Shown in pieces: positions 1 through 12,279 of a stretch of 64,000 nucleotides of DNA (the stretch's first letter is position 1; each line of letters starts with the position of its first letter). Below the pieces are notes generated by a model, which saw only the letters and a program-made list of their open reading frames with translations, was not told where the DNA came from and ran no database searches. Position numbers and translations under genes: made by a program. Source of the DNA: an uncultured delta proteobacterium (GTDB lineage Bacteria > Desulfobacterota > Binatia > JACPRU01); the NCBI GenBank assembly GCA_963745025.1, contig CAVUWD010000010.1, forward strand, positions 215,718 through 279,717, written 5' to 3'.

Positions 1-661
1 TGATGAGGCTTACGTCCGTTCCCGACCGGCGGATCGCCGCGTGGTCGATTTCGACGGCCCCGGCATCGGCGGCGAGCTCTCCCTCCATCGCGTACAGCGT
101 GCCGTGCTCGAAAATCAGCACCGGATCGGGGTTCTCGAGCGCCGTCCAGAGCATGCCGCGCGCGTCCTCGAGCGTCGCCGGCGCGAGCACGCGGATCCCC
201 GGGATGTGCGCGTACCAGCCCTCGAGGCTGTGCGAGTGCTGCGCCGCGAGCTGGCGGCCCGCGCCCGTCGTCATGCGGATCACGAGCGGGATGTTGAACT
301 GTCCGCCCGACATGTGGAGGATCGTCGCGGCGTTGTTCACGATCTGGTCGAGGGCGAGCAGGCTGAAGTTCACGGTCATGATCTCGACGATCGGACGCAT
401 GCCGCCGAGCGCCGCGCCGATCCCGGCCCCGACGAACGCCGACTCCGAGAGCGGCGTGTCGCGGATGCGCTCGGGGCCGAACTCGTCGAGCAGCCCCTTG
501 CTGACGGCGAAGCAGCCGCCGTAGCGGCCCACGTCTTCACCCATGAGAAACACCCGTGGATCGCGCTCGAGGGCCTCGCGAATGGCCGCGCGCATTGCCT
601 CGCGATAGGTGACCCGCACTTTGGCGGCGGCTGCGGGCACCGCTCCACCGAGGGCGCTCAT
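1..661 (-). CDS. pdhB: Pyruvate dehydrogenase E1 beta subunit (5' part; runs off window start)
   Basis: Manual translation from ATG at 661: ...[60 protein letters not shown]...[21 protein letters not shown] overlap with the pdhA stop. Absent from the ORF track because it has no stop in the window. Confidence 0.92.
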   Translation of the reverse strand, partial: MSALGGAVPAAAAKVRVTYREAMRAAIREALERDPRVFLMGEDVGRYGGCFAVSKGLLDEFGPERIRDTPLSESAFVGAGIGAALGGMRPIVEIMTVNFSLLALDQIVNNAATILHMSGGQFNIPLVIRMTTGAGRQLAAQHSHSLEGWYAHIPGIRVLAPATLEDARGMLWTALENPDPVLIFEHGTLYAMEGELAADAGAVEIDHAAIRRSGTDVSLI

Positions 662-1649
662 CGCGGCGACACCTCCGAGTAGACGAAGCGTTCCAATTCT
701 TCGACGGGCTCGAGGCTCCCTGCCTCGGCGAAGGCCACCGCGTCGGCTACCTCGGCGGCGATCTCCCCTTCCATGCGCTCGAGATCCGCTTCCGCGATGA
801 GGTCCGCTTTCTTCAGGGTTGCGGCCAGCGCTGGGATCGGATCCCGCTTCTTCCACTCCTCGACCTCGCGCTTGTCACGGTAGAGCTCGGGGTCGAACAT
901 CGAGTGCGCGCGGAAGCGATAGGTGCGGAGCTCGAGAAAGCACGGGCCGCCGCCCGCGCGCGCCCCTTCCACCGCGCGGCGCGCGGCACGCTCGACCGCG
1001 AGCACGTCCATGCCGTCGACGGGCCAGGCCGGCATTTCGAACGTCGCCGCTTTGAGCACCAGGTCGGTCTCGGACTCCGAGCGGCCGAGCGCCGTGCCCA
1101 TGGCGTAGAGGTTGTTCTCGCAGAGGAACAAGACCGGCAGGTCCCAGAGCGCGGCGAGATTCATCGATTCGTGAAACTCGCCTTCCGCGACGGCGCCCTC
1201 GCCGAAGAAGCACGCGGTCACGCGCGAACGCCCCTGCATCTTGTCGGCGAGCGCGAGGCCGACGGCGAGCGGTAGCCCGCCGCCGACGATGGCGTTGCCG
1301 CCGTAGAAGCGCGTCGCCTTGTCGAAGAGGTGCATCGAGCCGCCGCGGCCGCGACTGCAACCTTCGAGCTTGCCGTACATCTCCGCCATGATCGAGCGCG
1401 CCGACAAGCCGCGCGCCAGCGCATGACCGTGCTCCCGATAGGTAGCGACGACGGCATCCTCGGGCGCGAGAGCCTGCATGACACCGACCGCGACGGCCTC
1501 TTCCCCGATGTAGACGTGGAGGAAGCCGCGGATCTTCGTCGCGCTGTAGAGCTCGACGCACTTCTCCTCGAAGCGGCGGATGCGCAGCATCTCGCGAAGC
1601 AGCCGAAGCGCATGATCGCGCGGCGGCAGCGTGGGCGTGGTCTCGAGAG

Positions 1650-1653
<4 letters not shown>
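658..1653 (-). CDS. pdhA: Pyruvate dehydrogenase E1 alpha subunit
   Basis: [38 protein letters not shown]-binding motif, [15 protein letters not shown]. Confidence 0.95.
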
Positions 1654-3423
<1,770 letters not shown>

Positions 3424-3436
3424 GTCGCGAAAAGTC

Positions 3437-3452
3437 CGCAAGAAGCGTGCCC
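3437..3452 (-). promoter_or_regulatory. sigma54 (-24/-12) promoter candidate for the acs-pdhAB operon
   Basis: Minus strand reads GGGCACGCTTCTTGCG, matching GGCACG-N4-TTGC (GG-N10-GC). Confidence 0.7.
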
Positions 3453-3728
3453 TTAAACTTATAGCCTTTCGAGTAGGGCAGTGTTCCCGAAACTTGGAAT
3501 GGAAATTTTCCTCCTTTCCGCTTTCGAGAACGAACTATCATTGAAACGCAGGCATCAGAGAAAGCATAAAGTGACGTTGATGAGATACTCTAGCGACGAA
3601 GATTTGACGCAGGAAACCGAAGTGTCGAATGACAGAGATTAGTCCACTACTAATATTGTTCTTAAAATTCAAGTGCTTGACGCCAGTTTGCCTTGATTCG
3701 GTTGATGTATTTAACCATCTAAAATTTA

Positions 3729-3744
3729 TGGCATGAGTCTTGAT
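3729..3744 (+). promoter_or_regulatory. sigma54-like promoter candidate
   Basis: TGGCATGAGTCTTGAT: good -24 box, variant -12 box (TTGA), at the end of an AT-rich intergenic region. Confidence 0.4.
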
Positions 3745-3756
3745 AAGTCCTAGTCC

Positions 3757-5481
3757 ATGATTCCAGATAAATCGACTGAACAATCGTTTGGCTACTTCTG
3801 GACTCGGATCCCTTCACGGCGAGTAAGAGGGGAACTTCACGCCCTTATTTGCTCTCTTCTCTTTGCGGTGGTTGGACTCTTCCCGAGCCAATCTCATGGT
3901 CAGGCTGCGGATCCCGTGGCGCCTCAGGCACGGCGTCCGGCTCATTCGCTTCGGGCATCGGTGAAACTCCGCACCCCGGCCGAAATGGACGAGGCGGAGC
4001 GCATGGTCGTGAGCCCGACATCATCAGGCTCGGTCCCGTTTCGTTCGACCATCAGCGCTGATGAGCTGGTGGCGCTCAAAGCGGGGCCGGCGTTGCAGGT
4101 CTCGGTCGCTCGCCGAGCGTCGAGGTCTAGCGGTGGCATGGCTGCACTCGTGGGCGCCGCCTCGATTAATCTCCCGATTGTTCAAGGGATAAACGTCGAT
4201 GGGGTGGATCAAGGAACGGGCGTTTTGATACCGCCGGATACGCATGGCGCGGTGGGCGCGAGCCAGTTCGTCGAGGTCGTGAATCAGCGGTTCGTCGTAT
4301 ACAGCAAGGACAATCCGCCCAAACTGCTGAAGAACGTCTCGCTCGCGAACTTTTTCGGGTATGCCGCGCCGTTTCCGGGTCTCTTCGATCCACGGGTCAT
4401 CTATGATCCTACGTGGAAGCGCTGGATCGTGACGGCGAACGCGTTCCACGAGTCGCCCGGGGTGCAAAAGCTACTCATCGCCGTATCGAAGACTTCGAAC
4501 GCTAAGGGCGCATTCTACGTCTTCCACAACTTCGACACGGACGTCCTCAACAACGGCAACTTCAGTGATTTTCCCCAACTCGGTATGGATCAGGATGCGA
4601 TCATCTTGACGACCAACGTCTTCGAAAACGAGGCGGAGACTTCTCCGTATGTACGGAGCGAGGTCATCACGTTTGCGAAGGCCCGGGCTTATAATGGGTT
4701 GGCACTGGAGGCTCAGTTCTTCGACGCGGGCCTATCAGGGACGATCGCTCCGCCGATCGTGTTGGATGAGAACCCGCACACGTTCCTCGTCGCTGCCGCC
4801 CCCGTTGCCTACCCGAATGGAATCTCGCTGGGCCTCTTCACGCTTACTAACGCGAGCCGGGGCTCCGGGGCTTCGCTTGCGGGACCGGTGTCGGTGCCCG
4901 TCGCGGCCTATGGTGTGCCAGGGGACGCGCAGCAGCTCGGCACGACAGATACCCTGCTCACCAGCGACGCCCGCTTCGCGAACGCGAGCACTCAAGTGGA
5001 CGATACGCTGTGGCAGACCCACTCGGTGGATACTGGGACTGGGTTGCCGACGCCTGTATGGTACAAGATCAACACGGAGGCGCAGAGCGTCGCCGAGCAA
5101 GGCCAATTCTACTCGACCCCGACGTCGTTCGACTTCAACGCATCGATCGTTGCCAACCAGGAAGGCGACATGTTCGTCACATGGTCTTCGACCGATCCGT
5201 TTCCAAATTCTGGGTTTCCGGCCGTGAACGCGCAGGTGCGCTTTTCCGGCAGAACCGTTGGCAATTCCGCGACCGATCTTTCTCCGGGCAAAGCTCTCTT
5301 CACGAGCTCGACGTTCTACAGTCCTGTCGACTTCGGCCTTTCTCCCTGGCCTTGGGGCGACTATTCCTCCATCACGATCGATCCTGCGGACGATATGCAG
5401 GCGTGGCTCGTGAACCAAAAGAATAGCTCGAAGAGCACCTGGGGCTCCCGGATCGGCCGCATCACCTTCCCCTCTCCATGA
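3757..5481 (+). CDS. Secreted hypothetical protein, likely beta-propeller-like
   Basis: 574-aa ORF with a hydrophobic signal-like segment (ALICSLLFAVVGLFPSQSHG) and motifs PPDTHGAVG..FVEVVN, FDPRVIYD..RW, DFPQLG, WGDYSSITIDP. Start position uncertain. Confidence 0.7.
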   Translation: MIPDKSTEQSFGYFWTRIPSRRVRGELHALICSLLFAVVGLFPSQSHGQAADPVAPQARRPAHSLRASVKLRTPAEMDEAERMVVSPTSSGSVPFRSTISADELVALKAGPALQVSVARRASRSSGGMAALVGAASINLPIVQGINVDGVDQGTGVLIPPDTHGAVGASQFVEVVNQRFVVYSKDNPPKLLKNVSLANFFGYAAPFPGLFDPRVIYDPTWKRWIVTANAFHESPGVQKLLIAVSKTSNAKGAFYVFHNFDTDVLNNGNFSDFPQLGMDQDAIILTTNVFENEAETSPYVRSEVITFAKARAYNGLALEAQFFDAGLSGTIAPPIVLDENPHTFLVAAAPVAYPNGISLGLFTLTNASRGSGASLAGPVSVPVAAYGVPGDAQQLGTTDTLLTSDARFANASTQVDDTLWQTHSVDTGTGLPTPVWYKINTEAQSVAEQGQFYSTPTSFDFNASIVANQEGDMFVTWSSTDPFPNSGFPAVNAQVRFSGRTVGNSATDLSPGKALFTSSTFYSPVDFGLSPWPWGDYSSITIDPADDMQAWLVNQKNSSKSTWGSRIGRITFPSP

Positions 5482-5583
5482 CGACTCGGCGCTCGCCACG
5501 GCAAAGAGAACCTTCAGCGAGTTTTCAAGATTTGCGAGCCTCAGAGGTAGAGCAACGACGCGCTTCGTGATTACCCAGACGCA

Positions 5584-6126
5584 ATGCTTCTCGAGATGTG
5601 CCAGGTCCTCTACTGCTTCGGCCCGGCGTACGCGGCCGACGTGGCGCCCGTCCTGGTTCGCGGCATGTTCGAGCCGCTCGCCCGGCCGCTCGACGCCGGC
5701 CGTAGCTTTCGCGGTCGACCGATCTTCGGCAGCCACAAGACTTGGCGGGGTCTCGTCTTCGGACTCATCGCGGGGAGCATCGTGTTCCAGCTCCAAGCCC
5801 TCTTCTACGAGCTCGGATGGCTGCGCGAGCTCGCGCTAGTCGACTATCACCGCCAACCCGTGCTGCCGGGCTTGCTGATGGGGTTCGGGGCGATCGCGGG
5901 CGACTCGATCAAATCGTTCTTCAAGCGACAGGTGGGGATCGCGCCGGGCTCGAGCTGGCTCGTCTTCGATCAGCTCGATTTCTTCTTCGGGGCGTCGCTG
6001 CTCCTGTCGATGGTGCAGCCCCTGCCGCTCCTCCCGTGGATAGCCGTGCTGCCGATCGTATTCGTGTGCGACGTGATCGTGGCGGCGCTCGCCTACACGT
6101 GTGGGCTGAAGGACGCGTGGATCTGA
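5584..6126 (+). CDS. carS: CDP-archaeol synthase (CarS/DUF46) family membrane cytidylyltransferase
   Basis: PAYAAD..P, PLDAGRSFRGRPIFGSHKTWRG and GDSIKSFFKRQVGIAPG...DQLDF signature motifs. Confidence 0.82.
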   Translation: MLLEMCQVLYCFGPAYAADVAPVLVRGMFEPLARPLDAGRSFRGRPIFGSHKTWRGLVFGLIAGSIVFQLQALFYELGWLRELALVDYHRQPVLPGLLMGFGAIAGDSIKSFFKRQVGIAPGSSWLVFDQLDFFFGASLLLSMVQPLPLLPWIAVLPIVFVCDVIVAALAYTCGLKDAWI

Positions 6127-6144
6127 GGCGTCTCTTCGCTCACC

Positions 6145-7029
6145 CTACGCGACGCGCCTGCTACCCGCCTCGAGCCAAAGAGCCTTCAGGTCTTTCGGCA
6201 GCTGGCTGAATATGTCCCAAGCCTCGCCTTCTTTGCCGGTGGCGCTGCCGAGCAATCGCTGCAGACCACGGAAGACGACGCGCACGGCTTTTTCCGCCTG
6301 CGCATCGCTCTCCAAGCCGGCCCTCCGGCGCACCCGGCCGATGAATTCCTCCCTGTGAATTCGTCGAACGCGACGGTTGGGCCGCTCCTGTTCTAGCCAG
6401 AGTGGCTTCACCTGCGCGGGAAGCTGCGCCGCGACGTCGGCGGCCTCTTTGGGCGTGAGGCGATCCCGTAGCTCCTGGAGTACCGCGAATGCGATGCCCT
6501 CCGCTTGCCGGTGCTCGCAACCCAGACGCTGCGCGATCTCGCGGATGAGTGAGGGCTTTCGCGCCCTCGCTCCGCCGCGTCGCGCCGCGCGGAACGCATC
6601 GCCGGCCTCGCTAGCCGCGGCGCACTTGAGCGCCCGGACGACGTCCTCGCGAGAAATGATGCCGACGACCTCCTCGCCCATCATGACCGGGAAGCTCTTG
6701 AATCGCGTGTCGGCCATCATGCGAATCACCCGCGTGAGCGGCGTGTGGCTGCGGACCGTGATCGGCTCGCGGGTCATCACGGCCGAAACCTGTTGGCGTA
6801 GCATCTGCGGGTACGATTGCACGTCCGAGCGCCGCTCGAAGCCGAAAGCCTTGAGCAGGTCGAGCTTGGTGAGCACGCCGACGAGGCGACCTTCCTCCAC
6901 CACGGGAATGCAGTTGAACTCGTTCTCGTCGAAAATCTCTTGGGCTTTCGCGAGCGTGGTACGACTGTCGATCGTGACGACCGGAAAGGTCATGAAGTCG
7001 TCCGCCCGGTACTCGAGGAACTCGAACAT
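6145..7029 (-). CDS. CBS-pair domain fused to a DUF2267-like domain
   Basis: Two CBS repeats (IPVVEEGRLVGVLTKLDLL, FPVMMGEEVVGIISREDV). C-terminal AVLQELRDRLTPKEAADVAAQLP...QLPKDLKALW. GGGAGG RBS before the ATG at 7029. Confidence 0.8.
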   Translation of the reverse strand: MFEFLEYRADDFMTFPVVTIDSRTTLAKAQEIFDENEFNCIPVVEEGRLVGVLTKLDLLKAFGFERRSDVQSYPQMLRQQVSAVMTREPITVRSHTPLTRVIRMMADTRFKSFPVMMGEEVVGIISREDVVRALKCAAASEAGDAFRAARRGGARARKPSLIREIAQRLGCEHRQAEGIAFAVLQELRDRLTPKEAADVAAQLPAQVKPLWLEQERPNRRVRRIHREEFIGRVRRRAGLESDAQAEKAVRVVFRGLQRLLGSATGKEGEAWDIFSQLPKDLKALWLEAGSRRVA

Positions 7030-7053
7030 GGCGCGGCCTCCCGCTAAGGAGCG

Positions 7054-7069
7054 AGCACAGACCATGCCG
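7054..7069 (-). promoter_or_regulatory. sigma54 promoter candidate for the CBS-DUF2267 gene
   Basis: CGGCATGGTCTGTGCT (GG-N10-GC), positioned just upstream of the RBS. Confidence 0.55.
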
Positions 7070-7216
7070 AGCGGCGTGCGATAGGAGCGCCGGGTTGATG
7101 GCCAGGTTTTCCCGCGGTCGGGAAAGGGGAAGTCATCGAATTCTCGAATGGAGGAACGTCTTCAGCTCGTTGCGGTCCTTTGGCCGACCTGCCTCGGGCG
7201 CTCACGATCTGCCGGC

Positions 7217-7232
7217 TGGCACGTTCCTTGGG
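7217..7232 (+). promoter_or_regulatory. sigma54-like promoter candidate upstream of znuC
   Basis: TGGCACGTTCCTTGGG: perfect -24 box, TTGG variant at -12. Confidence 0.45.
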
Positions 7233-7373
7233 ACGCTTGCGCTCCATGGCGACGCGCCATAACGATTTCATCCGACGTTGCATTAGCCTCGGGCAACTCG
7301 AAAGGAGAGTTCTGTAAAGCAGCCCCTGACATCGACCGATCTGCAACCGCCGCCCGCCTGTCGCCCCCCGGCG

Positions 7374-8132
7374 GTGACGGATTGCGAGACATCGGCAGGG
7401 CAGCTCGTCCTCGAGGCGCGCGACCTTTCGGTGACGATCGGGTCGGAGGAGATCGTCTCGGGTGTGTCACTGACTCTGCGCCGCGGGGAGGTCCTAGCGC
7501 TGATCGGGCCGAACGGGGCGGGGAAGACCGTCCTGCTGCGGGCCCTCCTCGGTCTCGTGCCGTACTCGGGAGAGGTGCATTGGCGAGAAGGGGTTCGCTG
7601 CGGCTATGTCCCGCAGCGGCTCACGGTCGACCGCTCGATACCGCTCACCGTTCGGGAGTTTCTGCTCCTCAAGTCACCGCGCTTCTGGTTTCCGAGCCGG
7701 AGTGCGATCGCGGACCTAAAGCACGAGCTGGACCTCGTGGGCCTCTCCACCGACCTCCTCCGCAAGTCACTCGGCGAGCTCTCCGGCGGACACTTGCAGC
7801 GGATTCTCATTGCCTGGGCGATGCTCGGTCACCCCGACGTGCTTCTATTCGACGAGCCGACGGCGAGCGTCGACCTCGGATTCCAGGATACCGTTTACAA
7901 CCTCGTCCGGCGGATGCAGCGGGAACGGGGAACGGCCATCCTTCTCATCTCGCACGACCTGAACGTCGTCTATCGTCATGCCGACCACGTAATGTGCCTG
8001 AACAAGAAGGTGCTGTGCTACGGCCGCCCGCGCGACGTCCTCAATGCGGAGAGTCTGGCGCGCCTATACGGCGAGGTGGCCTTCTACGAGCACGATCACG
8101 CGAATGCTCCGATGATGCAGTCGCAAACGTGA
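7374..8132 (+). CDS. znuC: Zn/Mn ABC transporter ATP-binding protein
   Basis: Walker A GPNGAGKT, GYVPQR, LSGG, LLFDEP, ISHDL, His-rich tail. Confidence 0.88.
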   Translation: MTDCETSAGQLVLEARDLSVTIGSEEIVSGVSLTLRRGEVLALIGPNGAGKTVLLRALLGLVPYSGEVHWREGVRCGYVPQRLTVDRSIPLTVREFLLLKSPRFWFPSRSAIADLKHELDLVGLSTDLLRKSLGELSGGHLQRILIAWAMLGHPDVLLFDEPTASVDLGFQDTVYNLVRRMQRERGTAILLISHDLNVVYRHADHVMCLNKKVLCYGRPRDVLNAESLARLYGEVAFYEHDHANAPMMQSQT

Positions 8133-8920
8133 TGGGACCCGGCCTGGCACAGAGCCTCGTCATGGCGGGCGCCGTCGGCACGGCGTCGGGAGCGATCGGC
8201 GCGTTCGTCATCCTGAGGAGAATGGCACTCGTCGGCGACGCTCTCTCCCATGTGGCGCTGCCTGGGATCGCCGTGGCGATCCTCTACGGAGTCGATCCCT
8301 TCTGGGGCGTCGTCGCGTGTCTCGTCGGTGCGAGCTCGATCGTCTGGTGGCTGGAAGGTAGGACGAACCTGCCGGCCGAGGCGCTGGTCGGTGTTCTGTT
8401 CACGGCCAGCCTGGCCGTCGGTACCTTGCTCATTCCCAGCGAGGCGCTGGTCGACTCCCTCTTCGGCGCATTTCCCAGCCTATCCCCGCCAGCGCTGACC
8501 GGTCTCGTCGCCCTGGCCGGCGCGACGACCTGCGTCTCGTTCCTTTTCGCCCGAGAATTCCTCCTGCTCAGTCTTTCCCGGGAGCTGGCGCAAGCGGGTG
8601 GAACCGGCCGTCGAACCGACCTCGTGCTGCTGCTGAACTTCGCCTTGGTGGTCGCGCTCGGAATCAAGCTCGTCGGCACGTTGCTGATGGGCGCGCTCAC
8701 CATCCTACCCGCCGCGATTGCCAAGGTGACCTGCCGGAGCGTCGTGGGGTACATGGGAACCGCCGTCGCGCTAGGCGCGCTCAACGCGGTCGGCGGCACG
8801 ATCATCGCCAGACGTCTCGAGCTTCTGCCGGGACCGACGATCATCCTGCTCGGCGTAGGCTTCTTCGTCGTGTCGCTCGTGTGGACGGCCGCGCAAAGGT
8901 CGACCGGGGCCACAACATGA
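8132..8920 (+). CDS. znuB: Zn/Mn ABC transporter permease (ABC-3 family)
   Basis: LRRMALVGDALSHVALPGIA motif and multiple TM segments in the C-terminal part of ORF 7148..8920; coupled to the znuC stop. Confidence 0.88.
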   Translation: MGPGLAQSLVMAGAVGTASGAIGAFVILRRMALVGDALSHVALPGIAVAILYGVDPFWGVVACLVGASSIVWWLEGRTNLPAEALVGVLFTASLAVGTLLIPSEALVDSLFGAFPSLSPPALTGLVALAGATTCVSFLFAREFLLLSLSRELAQAGGTGRRTDLVLLLNFALVVALGIKLVGTLLMGALTILPAAIAKVTCRSVVGYMGTAVALGALNAVGGTIIARRLELLPGPTIILLGVGFFVVSLVWTAAQRSTGATT

Positions 8921-9008
8921 AGGCGAGCAGGCACCAGGTACCAGGTACTGCCATTGCCCTCCAGCCTGGCAGCGACCGCGATCGCAGAAAGGACTTGATG
9001 CCAAGACC

Positions 9009-11430
9009 ATGAAGCCAGGCGAGCCGCTCCAACCCGAAGAGCTCTACCGAAAAAGCGATCCGGAGAGCATCCCCTTCAAAACCACCGCCGAGCTCGAGGC
9101 GCCAACCGAGTTCTTCGGGCAACGGCGCGCTCTCGATGCGGTCCGCTTCGGAGTCGGCATCGGGCGCGAGGGTTACAACATCTTCGCGCTGGGGCCCTCC
9201 GGCACGGGCCGCCACTTCCTCGTGCAGCAGCTCCTCGAGCAACGCGCCGAGAAGGGCCCGGCGCCGCGCGATCAGTGCTACGTTCACAACTTCGACGAGT
9301 CGCATCGGCCTCGGTCGATGCGACTCCCCGCCGGGGTTGCGGTCCAATTTCGCAAGGACATGGAGCGGCTCGTCGAAGAGCTTCGTCCGGCACTGACCGC
9401 TGCGCTCGAGAGCGAGGAGTACCGTACCCGGCGCCAGGTCATCGAAGAAGAAATCAAGGAGCGGCAGGAGAAGGCGCTCGCGGAGCTCGAGGAGCGCGCC
9501 AAGCGGCAAGGCTTCGCGCTGCTGCGCACGCCGATGGGCCTCGTCCTCGCCCCGGTGCGGGATAACGAGATCATCACTCCGGAGCAATTCCAAAAGCTGC
9601 CGGATGTCGAACGTCGGCAGAAGGAAGAGCAGCTGCAAACCCTGCAGCGCGAGCTGCAGGAGACCATCCGCAAGATGCCGCAGTTGGAGCACGAGGCGCG
9701 CGAACGGCTGCGCGAGCTCAACCGCGAGATCACCCGGTTCGCAGTCGGCCACCTGATCGTCGCGCTGCGCGAGAAGCACCGTGAGCTCGTCGACATCGTC
9801 GCCTACCTCGACGCCGTCGAGCGCGACCTCGTCGAGAACGCACGGAGCCTGCTCTCGGGCGACGAGATTCCTCCGGCCCTGATGCATGGCGGCGCGGCGA
9901 GCGTGCTCGGGGAACCGCCGTGGCTGCGGCGCTACCGCGTCAACGTGCTCGTGGATCACGGCGCCTCGAGCGGAGCCCCGGTCGTCTACGAGGACAATCC
10001 GAGCTACGAGAACCTGATCGGCCGCGTGGAGCACCTGGCACAGATGGGCACTCTCGTCACCGATTTCACGCTCATCAAGCCCGGGGCGCTGCATCGCGCC
10101 AACAGCGGCTACCTGGTTCTCGATGCGCTGCGCGTGCTGCTCGAGCCCTTCGCCTGGGAGGCGCTCAAGCGAGCGCTGCAATCCCGGCAGCTGCGGATCG
10201 AGTCGTTGGGACAGCGGCTGAGCCTCGTCAGCACGGTCTCCCTGGAGCCCGAGCCCGTCCCTCTGGACGTCAAGGTGGTCCTGATCGGCGACCGGCGCCT
10301 GTACTACCTGCTCTGCGACCTGGATCCGGACTTCTCGCGTCTCTTCAAGGTGGCTGCGGACTTCGAGGACGACGCCGAGCGCACGGCCGAGAGCGAAGCC
10401 GGCTACGCGCGGCTCGTGGCGATGCTCGCCCGCAAGGAGGGGCTTCGCCCGTTCGATCGCGGCGCCGTGGCGCGCGTGATCGAGCAAGGCGCGCGCTCGG
10501 CGGGCGACTCGGAGAAGCTCTCCGCCCGCACGGAGAGCGTTCTCAACCTACTTCGCGAAGCCGACTACTGGGCCGGCGAGGCCGGCCGCGGCGTTGCCGG
10601 CGTCGAGGACGTCGAGCGTGCGATCGAAGCGGAGATCGCTCGCTCCGACCGCATCCGCCGGCGGCTTCTCGACGAGGTGCTACGCGGAACTCTCCTGGTC
10701 GATACGACGGGCAGTCAGGTCGGGCAGGTGAACGGTCTCTCCGTACTCCAGCTCGGGGGCTTCGCGTTCGGGCATCCGACCCGAATCACGGCGCGCGTGC
10801 GGCCCGGCAAGGGCGAGATCATCGACATCGAGCGCGAGGTCAAGCTCGGCGGGCCGATCCACTCTAAGGGGGTCCTGATCCTTTCCGGGTTCATCGGCGG
10901 GCGCTACGCGCGAGAGCGTCCGCTGTCGCTCTCGGCAAGCCTGGTCTTCGAGCAGTCCTACGGCGGGGTGGAGGGCGACAGTGCGTCCGCCGCGGAGCTC
11001 TTCGCGCTACTCTCCGCCATCGCCGAGATCCCGCTTCGGCAGTCGCTCGCGGTCACCGGCTCGGTGAACCAGCACGGGCGGCTCCAGGCCATCGGCGGGG
11101 TCAACGAGAAGATCGAGGGCTTCTTCGATCTCTGCCGGTCCAGGGGCCTCACCGGCGAGCAGGGGGTGCTCGTTCCCGCACTCCAACGTCAAGCATCTGA
11201 TGCTCCGCAGCGACGTCGTCGAGGCGGCACGGGCGGGCCAATTTCGTGTGATTCCGATCGAGACCGTGGATCAGGCGATGGAGATCCTCACCGGCCTTCC
11301 CGCCGGGGAGCGCGACAGTCGGGGAAGTTATCCCGCGGGGAGCGTCAACCGCCGGGTGGAGATGCGGCTGGCCCGGCTCGCGGCGATCTGGTCCGCGCCC
11401 AGTGAAGAGACCTGGAGAAGGGGACCATGA
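9009..11430 (+). CDS. Lon-like (LonB/LonC type) ATP-dependent protease; frameshift near 11180
   Basis: GQRRAL, IKPGALHRANSGYL, GQVNGL, catalytic EGDSAS, IGGVNEKIEGF. The C-terminus (MLRSDVVEA...F) continues in ORF 11200..11430. Confidence 0.88.
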
Positions 11431-12266
11431 GCGAGACCGGGGTGTTCAGCCGTGTTCTCGTCGCTCTGGATGCCTCGCCGAACAGCCTGACGGCGCTCGA
11501 CGCGGCGGTGGAATTCGCCGCGCTCTTCGATGCCGAGCTGCTCGGGATCTTCGTGGAGGATGTGGAGCTGCTGCGGCTCGCCGATCTGCCGTTCGCGAGC
11601 GAGGTGGCCTCGTTCTCGGCGTCCATTCAGCCTCTCGACGCTGAGCGACTGCGGCTCCAGCTCCGGGCGGTCGCCGAGCGCTCCCGCCGCGCCCTGGCGG
11701 TTTCGGCGGAGCGTGCCCGTGTTCGCTGGTCCTTCCGGGTGGCGCGTGGCTCGGTCGCAGCCGCGGTCATGGAAGGGGTGGGCGGCCGCGACCTGATCAG
11801 CTTCGGCCGGCTCGGTTGGTCGCGGCTCGGCAAACCCCTCGGTAGCACCGCGCGGGCAATCTTGTCCGAAGCACGGGCCTCTACGCTCGTGCTGCAACTC
11901 GGCCGGCGAATCGGCGCACCGCTTTGTGCGCTCTACGACGGCTCGAAGGCCGCACGCCGGGGCCTGGACGCGATTGCCCGCCTGGCAAGAGGAAGCCCTG
12001 CGACGGTCGTGATCGTCGCGGCCGACGAGAGCGTCGCCGAACGCCTCGAGCGCGAAGCGGAAGAGATCCTGCAAGCGCAGGGGATCGCGGCCGAGGTACG
12101 GCGCGTCAGCGGATCGAATCGCGAGACGATCCGCGCCGCGATTCGCGCCGTGGGGGCCGGGCTGGTCGTGCTGCCGATCGATGGAGCGATCGCGACGGGC
12201 GAGGAAGTCGTCGACCTTCTCGTGGACTTGGACGTTCCGGTCCTTCTCGTGCGTGACGTCGAGTAG
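11427..12266 (+). CDS. Universal stress protein (tandem USP-like domains)
   Basis: RVLVALDASPNSLTALDAAVEFA, LGSTARAIL, VPVLLVR; ATGA coupling to the Lon gene. Confidence 0.8.
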   Translation: MSETGVFSRVLVALDASPNSLTALDAAVEFAALFDAELLGIFVEDVELLRLADLPFASEVASFSASIQPLDAERLRLQLRAVAERSRRALAVSAERARVRWSFRVARGSVAAAVMEGVGGRDLISFGRLGWSRLGKPLGSTARAILSEARASTLVLQLGRRIGAPLCALYDGSKAARRGLDAIARLARGSPATVVIVAADESVAERLEREAEEILQAQGIAAEVRRVSGSNRETIRAAIRAVGAGLVVLPIDGAIATGEEVVDLLVDLDVPVLLVRDVE

Positions 12267-12279
12267 GGGAAGGAAACAC

